A DNA stretch of 64,000 bases from Antedon mediterranea (Eukaryota > Animalia > Echinodermata). Positions 37,056 through 50,098 of the stretch are shown piece after piece. Each line of letters starts with the position of its first letter. Position 1 is the first letter of the stretch. A model generated the notes under the pieces. It had not been told where the DNA came from, did not search any database, and saw only the letters and a program-made list of their open reading frames with translations. The position numbers were made by a program, and so were the translations under genes. Location: contig NC_092670.1 in NCBI RefSeq assembly GCF_964355755.1, positions 34,646,388-34,710,387 of the forward strand. Direction: 5' to 3'.

Positions 37056-37127
37056 GCCTCAGTTGTATAATGGTTAGGACGTCTGCATATCAAGCAGGCG
37101 GTCCGAGTTCGAGTCTCGGTTGGGGCG
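37056..37127 (+). tRNA. tRNA-like gene, anticodon ATC (Asp-like, non-canonical); repeat-borne
   Basis: 72-nt cloverleaf: GCCTCAG/TTGGGGC acceptor stem, TCTGC-ATATCAA-GCAGG anticodon arm, CCGAG-TTCGAGT-CTCGG T arm; T5 run starts 3 nt downstream. Confidence 0.6.
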
Positions 37128-37395
37128 ACTTTTTCTCATTCTCACAGATTTCCTCATCTTTATCGTTTCTAATTAATTAAATTTCAGTATATCACCAGGC
37201 GGTTTAGAATTAATGTTCATTGCCTGATGTGTTTATATATATAAAAGTATCTCTTCGGAGATCCCGCCTCGTGAATAAAAATACTGAAAGATAAGGGCGT
37301 ATCAATTTGATCTCTGGTGCGTGTGCTGTTCCACTGTACCACACCGAGAATGTTAAAGAGTCGCTATCCAATCGAGTTTGAACAATACCATGAAA

Positions 37396-37467
37396 GCCTC
37401 AGTTGTCTAATGGTTAGGACGTCTGCATATCAAGCAGGCGGTCTGAGTTCGAGTCTCGGTTGGGGCG
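37396..37467 (+). tRNA. tRNA-like gene, anticodon ATC, second copy
   Basis: Same as copy 1, with a fully paired D stem GTCT/GGAC and one T-G wobble in the T stem; T5 terminator. Confidence 0.6.
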
Positions 37468-39465
37468 ACTTTTTCTCATTCTCACAGATTTCCTCATCTT
37501 TATCGTTTCTAATTAATTAATTAAATTTTAGTATATCACCGGGCGGTTTAGAGTTAATGTTCATGCCTGATGTGTTTATATAATATCTTTACGTACTGTA
37601 CTGTGGAATAGCTTAGACAAAGCCTGTGGTTATAGGTTAAACAATATAACAGGAACATAGTGTTGTCATTCAACAAAAATGCATTACAATATTTTTACTA
37701 AAACCCTGAAGCAGAGGAGGTTAATATGTTTAAAAAATTATTTTAGCCATATTCTTTATATTTTTCAAATGAATATTAATGAATTGGGTCATATTTTGTA
37801 CTGTTCATAAAGTACAGTAGGAACTTCATTATCTGTAAAATACCATTTTCCAAACCTCCATGGCAATATACTGTACAGTACTGTAGCTACCATTAGGGGC
37901 CCTATAGTCTTTGAATGATACATGACCTTTCCCTCTAGACACCCACCTGACACTCCTCCGCAATTGCTTTATCTCACAACCACACATGGCTACATCACAT
38001 CCCATGCCCCTATATAATACTGTACATTATTAAGGTATAATACAGTAGGCTGTACACAATAATTTTGCTGTTTCCAAAATTCATGGTGATTGGAATCTGT
38101 CGCATAAAAGTACCGAATTATTAGATATTTTGAAGAGGATTTTGGAGGTAAACCTACAATAACAAATAATCCATATTTACAGTTAATAATGCATTGTATT
38201 GTAATACTGTACAGTATACAAAGTACAGTATACCTGTTTGAAAGCATCAATCAATTTAGATTGTACTATACAGTACTTTGTTATCTGTATGATTCTTATC
38301 ATTCTCTTACAAAAGAGTTTAAAGTTCTCAACTGTATGTAGTTATAGTATATAGAGCAAATTGTGACATTTACTTGAAATTTACAATAAAGTCTATAAAA
38401 GGTGATCTTTTAAAGGAAGTGCTGACAAACTTAAAAGAGTGTATTTCAAATAACCCATTTAACCCAAATATGGAGAGCTACATAATTTATTTGTCCCCAA
38501 ATTTTGACATTTGTGATATCCACTAAAGCTCCAGTTGTTCCTTACTTCATTTTGCACTTCAGTAGTTCTCCAAGGCCCCTATTGTTCGACCGCCTTCAGA
38601 AACGACTAACTTGTGAAAACCTCACAAATAGCTGTTAAATCATGTGAAACGTTTCAAAGCATCTGATAAGCATCTTTCTACCGCAACCTTTCAATCGGAA
38701 AAATATTACCTTTTAAAGGAATATCTAAAACCTGATGAAATGGAACATTAGATACGGCTTGTTATCAGCAAACAGTGTATAATTTTGACACTAAAATATT
38801 TTCTTAATGTTGTTGTCTATTTCATGCCTTGCTTACCTGGACAATTGCCATATTCTCCTCAAAGAGCGAGATATACTCGAAATGTCTTCATAGACACTGA
38901 CTGATAGTTTTTTGACATTTGCAGAGTATTCCTTTTTTTTTGGTCTTGTGTGAGTTCATCTCACGTTTATTTAAATTCTCATATCATTAGTGAATATATT
39001 ATATACATATAAGTACATTTGTGACAATTACAAGTAAGTGTTTAAAGTAGTTAAAATACAGGTATATTTACATAATAAGATGATTGAATTCAGTATTAAC
39101 CATATTTGTTTAATTTTCATTTAAAATTTTAGATACAATGTTAATTAAAATGTAAAAATGAAAAATGGCGGTAAAATACATGATTTTTCGTTAAACTATC
39201 TTATTTGTGATCTTTGCAGAGTATTTCTTGTTCACTGTATGTTTACAATGAATTTATCTTTATTTTGATCCCTTTACCCAAACAAAACAAAACTACAGTA
39301 TGTACACATAATAAATCAAATTATATGTACAGTAACAATAAAAATACATATAATCATGCATTAGAATAAAATATACTGTACGTAGACATAACGCAAGGTA
39401 AAAGAATAGCAAAGTAAAACTGAGAAATGGTTATCTCTGTTTTAATAGCCCTCTTACGTTTTTTT

Positions 39466-39810
39466 TACTGGTTGACTAATTGAGACTTTTACATGGAAAA
39501 CATCATATTTACAATGAAGGGAAGGAGGTTTAGGATACAGTGTCTACTAATTAGATAAAAGCAATTAACCTTTATACTTGATAGCAAGAACTACTACAAG
39601 TGATATTAAGGAAAAATTCAATTACAGTTCTTTTTATACTGGTTGACTAATTGAGACTTTTACATGGAAAACATCATATTTACAATGAAGGGAAGGAGGT
39701 TTAGGATACAGTGTCTACTAATTAGATAAAAGCAATTAACCTTTATACTTGATAGCAAGAACTACTACAAGTGATATTAAGGAAAAATTAAATTACAGTT
39801 CTTTTTATAC
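39466..39810. repeat. Near-perfect tandem duplication of about 171 bp
   Basis: TACTGGTTGACTAATTGAGAC... starts at 39466 and again at 39637. Confidence 0.93.
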
Positions 39811-40079
39811 CAACCATTGAACCAGTTTTTAATAAATGATTGATAGTATTATTTTTATTTCAAGTCAAAATATTGTAAGCAATCTATCGCAATAAAAACT
39901 ATCAATGTGCCATCACACACACATTGTCACAGCAGCAATAATTGTTGCTTACCTCATCAAATGATCTATGAGCTGGTCTTGTCTGGTACAGTACTACTGG
40001 ATAGAAAAACAGTTATACTACAGTTAATACTAGTATAGTACTACAAATTAAATATTTTAAATTTAAATTGATATTTATT

Positions 40080-40356
40080 AATAATAATAATATCTTGGAT
40101 TTATATAGCGCCTAATGTTGTGAAGCACTGAACATTAGTCATTTTTATGGAAACATACAGTACTCCCATAATGCAGCTAGTAATCAGCGCAAAGTCGTGT
40201 CTTGATTTAACCGGTACCCATTTAAGTACACCTGGGTAAAGAGAGGCAAACGTAAGTAAAATATCTTGCCTAAGGATACAAGCAATGCGGTGAGAGTTTC
40301 GAAACCGCCATCTGATGATCAGTAGTCGAACGTCCAACACACTGCGCCACTTGCCC
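40080..40356 (-). mobile_element. tRNA-derived SINE; second copy at 45782-46080
   Basis: Minus strand GTGGCGCAGTGTGTTGGACGTTC..GGTTTCGAAAC, core ACCCAGGTGTA..AAATGGGTACC, (TAT)n tail. Confidence 0.82.
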
Positions 40357-42174
40357 TTAAAGCTCAGGTACAGGCATGAATTTTAAATAGTTCAGTAGTT
40401 AGGTAGTTAACTATGTAATAACATGTCTGGTGACTCCCTAGATGGTGAAAAAAGATGGTGGATATACGGTGGATAATTTTTGCTATAGCATGAAAATAAA
40501 AATCTGAAGTTGAATAAAAATATCAGAAATGTAATATTCAAGTTACTGTATATTACCTATATTTAGTCATCTGATAACATTTTTTACCACACCGTTTATT
40601 TTTCATAGCTTTTTTAAATTCCTCTCTATTTACAAAATTTGTGTACAAAAGAATAGAGATTTTACTGTGTAATTTGAACTATCCCCCCACTGATAAGAAA
40701 GTGCTTATTTTCAAAAAGCTTGTGTAACACAAATAAAATCCCAAAAATTATGAAACATAGGGGAAACTATAGATCGATAATTATTGGAATGTATGATCAA
40801 TAGAAATTTTTTGCCCGCACCTGGCCTTTAATAAGATTAATTATTAAGAAAAATGAATTGGTGGTTAGTAGTACAGTACTGTATGTCTGAAGAAAAAAAA
40901 ATTATACCTGTACCTGATTGGTTTTTCATTTGCTGTGACAGTTGATTAAAAAAAGGTTGAAACATTTCAAACTACAAGTTTAGTTTTATTGGTGCTACTT
41001 GGGCATTACTGTACTATTATTACATTATTAATGCTCTTATAACTGTATGTACAGTTAAAAGTACATATTTTAAGACCTTTTTTTGTTGTGATATATTTGT
41101 TGACAAAAATATTTGGAGATTATACAGTAAATCATTACAGGGTTGACATTGGACTTGTGGAGTAAACATGGAATGTAGGTAAAAAGAAACCTCAAATACG
41201 CTTGATTACCTTTTCTGTGTGATCATATACCACAATACAAACCTATTCATGAAAGAAAAAAGGTCTTTTGAAAACTAAAGAAAGAGCTTGTATGAGGTAA
41301 TAAAAGAATGTCAGTATTGAATATTTGTTCAAAGCTACCTGATAGTTAATTCCTTAAGTACACCCCTCATTACAGAAGACATTCTGTTCTAACAGATTTT
41401 CTATCTATTGACTTCACTGTGTATTCTTAATATACTTTGTTGTAATCTGTCAAGTTTAACTTGTTTTTAAATTTGGATTTACGATTTTTAATCTCATCGG
41501 ATTGTTCCTTTGTATTGTGTTACCTACCTGGATGTTTACCAATCACACCTGTTGGGTTAAATGTTATATTCACAGCTTTTATACATCGCTGTGTGTTATA
41601 GGTGGTATGCATGTTTAAAAAGTGTTGTCTATTTGCCATATTTAACTAGAAAAGTGGGCACAGTTTCTTAGCCTGAGACAGAACCACTAACACTAGGTTT
41701 ATTTATATGTTACTGAGAGTTAGCACGATAGAAAACTCTAGAATACAGGAACTTGTGTACTTTTCAACTGAGTAAAGAAGTGATATTGTGGACAATGCTT
41801 TATTGAATATCAACTGTGTAGGCTTGTGCCTGGAACGGTTCATCATATTTTAAGCTTTATCCTGCTAACAATCTGTTGAGATTTTTACTTTCTTTATATT
41901 TTTGAATGACTTGACCTATTATTATTATTGTGGATAGTTTTCTACAGTGGAAATATAATGTACTGTACATTATACACAATTTGATATCCATCCTGGAAAT
42001 CTTCACTTATGTTAACCTATCAGCTTCAAGGAAGGAATCTACGTATAATAATCTGTGAATAATCACCATTTGTCTGTAAAACTTTTCAAGATAATTGCTT
42101 GTGTGATTTATGTGTCGTTTAAGTAACCTTAACGTCATATTATTCCTGACGCTTGTTATTACTTTTTATTAATA

Positions 42175-42203
42175 ATGCCTGGCAAAGGACTCAAATCTAG
42201 ACC
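42175..42203 (+). CDS. Probable first coding exon of the Cordon-bleu-like gene (MPGKGLKSRP)
   Basis: ATG with A at -3, 29 coding nt, perfect GTAAGT donor; its phase-2 end joins exon 50099 to give MPGKGLKSRPSKRSKAPPPP. Confidence 0.55.
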
Positions 42204-43234
42204 GTAAGTATAATTTGTTAAAATAGAATACAATGAGGGGAATATTGTACAATTAAAGTACGATTGAAACCATTAATGTAAATGTAGTGGATGGTGTTGT
42301 GTGAGCTACTGTCACTATTACAAGTAGTGTCCAGACTTTCTTGAGTATAGGTACTGTACTGTATACTAGGTCGTTCCATGTTTTTAGCTACATGTGTTTT
42401 AATACAATTTTGGGTCAATATCAATACTGCAGTACTTCTTTTAATAGTCAGTCAAATTATACTGAAAATATATAACTAAATATAGTACTGTATCTTTTGA
42501 TTAATAGTAAAATATATAGTACAGTAAATTGAATTCATCATCAGCAAATCCCAATGGAATTTAAACCTATAAATCTCAAATGGACCAATCATTTGAAATT
42601 TAAGGTAAAATCCTATATAATTTTCTACAATAAGTCACTGTACATTACGTATTACACATCATTCTAATCGTCATCTGTAGAGTTCCCTATTAGATTTTTT
42701 TTATTTTTAAAGGACCTGACTCAGTCATTGATTGCATCCTGTCCGTGGGGACTACGTGTACAGTACCTGCGTGGCTAATTTCATTTTCTTTATATTTGGA
42801 TATAACAACAGGAATTTTATATAGTAAACATGTGTTCACATTGGTTGAGATAAGCATATCCTGAAAATAGAGCTGTTTATCTTTCCAACAAGATTCTCTA
42901 TAAGTCTAGTCACTGACTTGAAATTGTAATATTGTGGTATTTTGATTATCTTCAAAATTACATTAAATAGTTCTACAGTTACTAAAATTTAATATCTGCT
43001 TATTGTGTGTAGAATCCTAATAATACTGTACCTGGTTTCTAGTTTTAGAAATCCCATTCACTGACTGATATTATTACGATTAGAATGGTATTTGGCCTAT
43101 AGTTATACACACGATCGTCCACCGCCGTGTGGTGTTGGGTACACCTGACTACACACGGTGTACATTATTTGACTAGTATATAATCAGTTGATTATAGCAT
43201 GGACCTAGTGTACACACGTCATGAAATAATTAGA

Positions 43235-43432
43235 TGCTAATTGAATACGATTTTCTATGAAGACGTGCGCCCTCTTTAAAATTTTGAAAAAGCATTGTTT
43301 TGATGAAATATAAACTGCATCTTATACATCGGCGATATGAAAAATATGGATATTTTACTCTCAGTAGGGGTGTGTCTTATACACAGGTGCGACTTATACA
43401 CAGGTACAATTTATACAACAAAATATACGGCA
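43235..43432. mobile_element. Mariner/pogo-like MITE remnant
   Basis: GGGTGTGTCTTATACACAGGTGCGACTTATACAC...AAAATATACGG subterminal repeats. Confidence 0.5.
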
Positions 43433-44256
43433 ATCTTTTCCATTGTATTGCTCTTTAAAGTTTAGAGACCACACTCCACTCCATAAGACATGATGTTGAA
43501 GCAATTACTGCTCATAATGCAATGAACTAATAAAAAGTGAAATATTTAAGGGAAATATCGCACTTAAGTTTGAACTTACTACTACATTTTTTTTATCACA
43601 TGTTGTTTTTTTATAATATATATTGTAGGTCAGAATTAAGTTCAAATTGGTACAAATCACATCTCCTGTAAATTTCATTTCCTAGCTAATCATTTCCTTT
43701 GATGTTTTATTACTAATACTAATTGAAAATGAGTGTTCATAGACAAGTTAATGAATGATTTAGACAATGCTATAATCAGAAAATTTTGAAAATCCGGTGT
43801 CCCCCCACTTGCTTACAGTAGTAGGTCAAATTTCAATATGATGGGATGAGATATACTGTAAGAAATGAATGAATGAATCCAGAGAAGAATTATTCTTTCC
43901 ATGAGTACGAGTCGATATGCAAGCTTGGAAGACACAATTATTTTGAAGGGATAGAGGCAGAAGGAAAAGATTTTATAAATGATTATTGAATTTCATTTAA
44001 ATAGTCTTTTAATTAAGAAATTCTAAACAGTACCTAATACTGGCCAACTTGGTGAAGCATCATATTTTCATAAGACATCATTTTTCAAAACTCCTATGAC
44101 TTCCCACACAAACAGTTTAGATGTACAGTAAAGCTCTGTCTACATTATCAAATTAGTTTGACAAAAAAAGTTTGATGTGCCCAAATTTGATAGCGATATG
44201 CCCAAAAGTATAGTGGTGATATGACATCATCATGTCCATATATGGGTAAAACACAT

Positions 44257-44716
44257 TTTTTTACTCGGGGTACCCGAGTTTAGGACTCGCTCATCTTCTC
44301 TTCCTCCTCCTCTTCTTCCTCTTCCATCTGGACACTATTGAGCAAAGTTTCAAGTCCTACTAGTTCTTTACGCGTCTTCGGACGGCTCTGAAACATGGCA
44401 TGCATCTACTAGGGTAATAGGTGAACAAAGCTATATAGAGAAAATGTTCATACTTCGACCGGATGCAGAATTATGACATAGTACCAATTGAAAAAAGTGC
44501 GATTTATAAAGTACTACTCCTCCCTCCCGGAAATAGCAAAATAGCACTTTGAGATTTCATAATTTACCATAATTATGCCATTTCCGATTATGTGACGTAA
44601 CTTTTCGGAATATAGCCGTATTTGGTAACGAGGTTATTGATGTGTATGTGACGTTGCATTCTGTCTTATGACGTCTTCTTTTGCTGTACCCTGAGTATCG
44701 CACATTCCTGCTTGGT
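44257..44716 (+). mobile_element. Helentron-associated (HINE/DINE-like) element nested in a family A MITE
   Basis: 5' T-run plus ACTCGGGGTAC, a CT-rich microsatellite, and a 3' subterminal inverted GTACCCTGAGT; the host MITE right end resumes just after. Confidence 0.65.
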
Positions 44717-45781
44717 TGTGATTGTGTAGACAGAGCTATGGAACTACTGTATCAAGTTCCCTGAAAATTTTGTATGTTTGCGTACTGTACAGTAATTAGT
44801 ATATATTCGGTTTATTTCATGCCCATCTTACCTCAATAAACAGTATGTAAATTACCATTCCATATAGTTGAATAGTTGTGTACATATATTCAACATTGTT
44901 TACAATATAGATAATGTTAATATTTTTATTATATTATTGCTGGTTGGTGAGGTTCAATATGAGGGACAGTGAAGGTCATTATCATCGGCATGATAGTTGT
45001 CAAATACAGTAAACTGTATAATGGCAATACTACTGTGTAATAAGCCTAATGATTAAGAAATCACTAATTTACATTTTAAAAGTACATTAATATTCAAGCA
45101 AAACATTGTATGTGCGCAGAGTGGGGATATGGTAACTAGAGGTCTCATACTGTATAGAAGTAATTACAACTTTAAAATTAACAAATTGAATTTGCAGTGT
45201 GTTTACAGTAGGTTTACTTGCACCTAATATCATACATCAGGTATTGGGGTTGTGGACTTACTGTCTATAGACTACTAATACCACTACTGGTTTGTGTAGT
45301 CTATATCGTGCCTAGCTTACATGTATAATAGGAACTCGTTGTATAGTATGTACAGTGTACAATTCTAACACTTGGTATCATACGACGTAACGCTCTGACG
45401 TTACGAAAGAAAGTATATTTATAAAAAAATAAGTTAAGTATCTGAGAGAATTAGGGAGATAAGCGTTACTTATTTGAAGGAAATTAATCAGAATTAAGTT
45501 TTAACATTCAATAAGTCACATGGCTGTTTTTAATTAGAGTTTAATTGATTTTATATCTTATTAATCAATGTTTCCTTTATCATCGTAGACAAATTAAAAA
45601 AAAAAGTGTGATTTATTTTTTTATTTACTTTTGAATATAAAAAAGATACAGATAAGATCCACCTATCCAGAAACATTTTTATGGGCTTTTACATGGTAAC
45701 CAAAGTACTGTAGATCTATCCATTTTCTTATTATCAGTATCATAAAGAAAATCTGTAATATGTTTAGGTTTAGGGATACTA

Positions 45782-46080
45782 TAATAATAATAATATCCTG
45801 GATTTATATAGCGCTTAATGTTATGAAACCTCTAATCACTGAACATTATTACCCAGTAATTTTTTTTGGATCAAACATGTATGGAAACATACTCCCATAA
45901 TGCAGCTAGTAATCAGCGCAAAGTTGTGTCTTGATCTAACCGGGTACCCATTTATACACCTGGGTGGAGTGAGTAAATGTAAATAAAGTATCTTGCATAA
46001 GGATACAAGCAATGCGGCGAGAGTTGGATTGGAATCTTGGTCTCGCAATTAATAGTTGAACGTCCAACACACTGCGCCAC
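45782..46080 (-). mobile_element. tRNA-derived SINE, family of 40080-40356
   Basis: Colinear with 40080-40356. Confidence 0.82.
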
Positions 46081-47596
46081 ACACAGTATGTGTATAGAGC
46101 AAGACCTGTTTGTGTTCACATACAGTAGGTACTGTATTGTTATTTTAGTTATACAATACTACTGTAATATTGCTATTTTCAAGATGTTATATTCTTCAGG
46201 ACAATTAATCTCATTTTACTATCTATAGTCAGGCCCGTAGCCAGAATGCATTGCTGGTAAAAGCGGGGTTCGCGCAAAAGGGGGGTTTAATTTCATATTT
46301 GAGATGTCTTTGTATTGAATTTGCAATCAATATTTGATTACATTTTACATAGTACTGCGTTCTGCATACGATAGACTGTAAGCTGTGGAATTTACTTTAT
46401 GAGTCACTATTTAATATTTGAAGTTCAATACATCTTATTGATTTCTTTATTTTAGATTTTTGAAAGGCCTACTTTCATTTTTAATATGATCATAGCCATT
46501 TTTATTTTTTTCAGAGATAGACAAATACCTGTATAAGAATGTTTGTTCATGATTAGTAAATAAACTTAATTGTAATTACTAATTAATAAAAAAAAAAAAA
46601 TGTAGGCCTACAGTCCAGTACCTATAAGAAATTGTTTAATTAATCATTCAACCTGTTAGTGGCGGTTTCATCGCGGTTGTCAACTGAATAAAAAATAAAT
46701 AAAATGTAAAAACAGTTGAAATGAAAAAAACCCCAACAAATGAATAAATAAATAATACACAAACAAATTCATTGAAATACAATAGAACACAATATTGCCT
46801 GTTCCTATAGAGAATATATTATTATTATTATCTCAGTACAGTCATAGAATTATAAACGCAACCAACTGACATTTCCTATTTCTATACCTACTAACTGTAG
46901 TCCTACACCTACTGTAGCGTGAATGCATAATCAATTGGATTTCTAACAAGTGCCATTTCCTATTGTTCATTCAGCATAATACAACAACAAAAAGCCATTC
47001 AATGGTCATTAAAGCTATTTATATTCTTGGTTTATAACTATATTTATTTTGGCTGGTGGTCGTGTCAAATCTGCTGCTGATATTCTCACTGTTAACACCT
47101 GTGCCTAATGTGCTCATTTTCTTCTTTGGGCCATTTTTCTGAAAAAAAATCTTTCAACCGAAATGGACCATATTATAAGAACACAGTAGCTCTCTAGCAT
47201 TTTCTTTCTTATTTTGAATTCTTAGAGAACACATCACTTCTGAGAAAAATTTGGGCCATTAAAAAAAAAATCATATGACAACACAATATTCTCTCCAACA
47301 TTTTCAGGCCATTAAAATTGACTTAAAAAAAAAGATTGACTTATCACACCGTTGAATTAGCTTTTTTGAACATTATTGACTTATACAGTATGTCATACTC
47401 ACTGTATTTGGACTGCATTTTTCCATTGGGACACTAATTATGTTTTAACACTACAGTCAATTTCCCCTATTCAGTATTAAAACACCTACAGTATTTAAGG
47501 GGATGCTTTTTTTTAGTCCATTGGGACACTTCTATTAAGTGAAATTAAATATGTTTTAACACTACAATCTATTACCCCTATTCAGTAAACACCTAT

Positions 47597-48665
47597 TTAA
47601 CACTTTGACTGCCAGAGGTTTTTTCAGTTAGAAACTGCCACCGCCAGCGTTTATAGCCCAATTCAATGTTTTTATTAAAGCTGATTGAAACTATGTATGT
47701 GATCTGATTTACATGTAATTTAGACTAAAATAATCATAAAGATTTTAGCTTTACAATGGTACCAAGAACGATTTTCAAATCGCAATATGTAAATCGTAAA
47801 AGTAAAATGAAAGTAACGCACTTTTTGAGTTTTTCGTAGTTTCGCGCAAGAAAGTGGAGATATTCGCGATTTTGTGCAAGACATCACAATATGAAAATAT
47901 CGCCCGGTGAAATCAACAAAAAACGAAAAAGTTACTTACACGGCACCGGTAGGCTTATAAAAACAAGTTATCACTATCGAAAAATGTATTACATTTTATA
48001 AATCATAAATCTTACATCAATGTTTCGCCAAAATCCACATAGTAAAGACACCAGGCCTGGTTAACTAGGCTTAAAAAAGTTGGTCCGGAACCGTTTTACG
48101 ACTAGGCCTAGGCCTAGGCTATAGCCTAGTAGTTCTACTAGCCTAGCTAGTAAACTGATGATAATATTCATACCATTTCTAAACAAGTTTGTTGCGTGAA
48201 ACTCGGCCACTTACAGTGAAACACCAAAACAATTAGGGTATAGGCCTACATACAATAATAAAATTAAAGACTTCTTATTGAAAATTCATCCATTATTTTT
48301 TATTCAGATAACAAACAAACATGCCAATCCACATAAACCTTTGTAATGCTTCGGCGGCATAGCTAGCGCGCGACCGATACACAATGCGCCAAACCATCGC
48401 TGTACGCGGTACTGTGATGCGCGGTGTATGTTATTTCGACAGGTACCATTTTGACAATCGTTCGTAACCAGATTAGTTACTTTCAAAAGGTAAAATTTTT
48501 ACGGTCCAGACCGAATTTAGTGTCCATATTTATAGTATGTACCAATAATTAACATATCTACCGGATTTCGTAAAGAAACGCGAAAAACGAAGATCTTCGT
48601 GTTTGGCAGTCAAGCGTTGTGTTTCCAAAAACGAAGATCTTCGTGTTTGGCAGTCAAAGTGTTAA
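47597..48665. mobile_element. Non-autonomous piggyBac-like element
   Basis: TTAA-CACTTTGACTGCCA ... TGGCAGTCAAAGTG-TTAA; subterminal direct repeat AAAAACGAAGATCTTCGTGTTTGGCAGTCAA at about 48583 and 48627. Confidence 0.88.
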
Positions 48666-50098
48666 GGGGATGCTTTTTTTTTAGTCCTGAAGGCTTCTAA
48701 ATTCTACTGTATAAAAAATGTATTTTCAATGTGCCTGTTTTCACATCATAGCATTATTGATTGGTGATACCATAGAGATGTAAGACTAAGAGTGGAATTA
48801 TAAGAATCTGTATGGTAATTTCAAATGTCTACCAAGAGAAATTATTCAGCATTTTGTCAAATCTGTTTAATATGAAATCAATAAAATCTATATTTCTAAT
48901 AAATCACAGTGGTTGTTCAGCATACTGTACACAACAACCTGTATTTTAATTAAAACAACATTTTATATTGAAAACATGTCACTTTCAATTCTTAGAGAAC
49001 ATCACTTTTGAGAAACGTCACTTTGTTAGAAAACGTCACTTTTGTGAAATTTCATGACCAATTTTACCAAATTGTTTCAAATACAGTAGTACAGAATATA
49101 CAAAGATGTATACAGTATTATTACTCGGTCAATTAAACCCCTTTAGTGCCATGATGTGCATACATCCCCCCTACAGTACCTCTTATATTATTTGTAAAAC
49201 AGATTTGAGAATAAATGACAATGAAAAAAAAATTCATCAAAAGCAAGTCTATGCCACAGTTGTTCAAAGCTTCTTGTTGCCATATCAACAAATTTAGATT
49301 TAATAGTAGTACTCTATATTTAATTTCATTTATTTTTTTGCCACAAGTGTTCAATAGGTTATGACAGCAACAAGTGTCATAACAGTAACAGTGGATACTA
49401 CTACAGTACACAACTAGAATGATTATTTAACATAATTCTTGTTTAGAACACATTAGTTGAATGATCCTGAGAACTTTAAAATACAAAAAGACAAACGATG
49501 GTATTAATTAATTAATGAATACAATGTCATTGTCATTTCAACTAATTACTACAAGATATGTAAACAATATTAATACTAATTATCTAATTAATTATTTAAC
49601 TCATTAGCTGTGAAACCGCACTACTGTTTTCATAAACTACTTTACTACAGTACACTTTTGGTATGAATTTAAAAAAAATATATATAGTTAACATATTATG
49701 GTAATAATATCCTTTAAGTTCTGTCTACAGGAAAAAAGTGTCCAAATATGGTAGTGATATGCCCAAATATGGTAGTGATATGCCCAAATATGGTAGTGAT
49801 ATGCCCAAATATGGTAGTGATATAATATCATGTCCATGTATATTATTTTGTCAAAGTTTGAGAGTGTAGACAGAGTTCTACAGTATTTTCATAATAGGGG
49901 GAAGATGTTGGTCTGGTTTTTTAAATTAGATTTTTTATTTTATATATCATTTTTTTTCTCTAATGTATTATTTTTTATTTTATTTTTTAATTTGAACAAT
50001 TTTAATCATGGATGACACCTTTTACATCTCACCATAGCCCTAGGAAAAAAATAGGTACAGTAGTCCTTGATTGTTCTTGAATATTTTTTGTTTTTCAG

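Larger units (their letters stand above)
36778..37582 (+). repeat. Tandem repeat with 340-bp period (partial unit plus 2 full units), units bounded by (TA)n, each full unit carrying a tRNA-like gene
   Basis: 36900-37240 and 37240-37582 are nearly identical; a 3'-only partial unit lies at 36778-36900 and a diverged relative at 59225-59320 (-). Confidence 0.93.

Noticed and set aside
36977-37520. Duplicated 67-aa ORFs
   Set aside because: They start at GTG and run across the tRNA-like sequence of a tandem repeat; no protein features.
38500-38960. Possible minus-strand coding exons (strong CCAG|GTAAGC at about 38836)
   Set aside because: I could not build a continuous frame or recognise a protein; a non-coding exon is not excluded.
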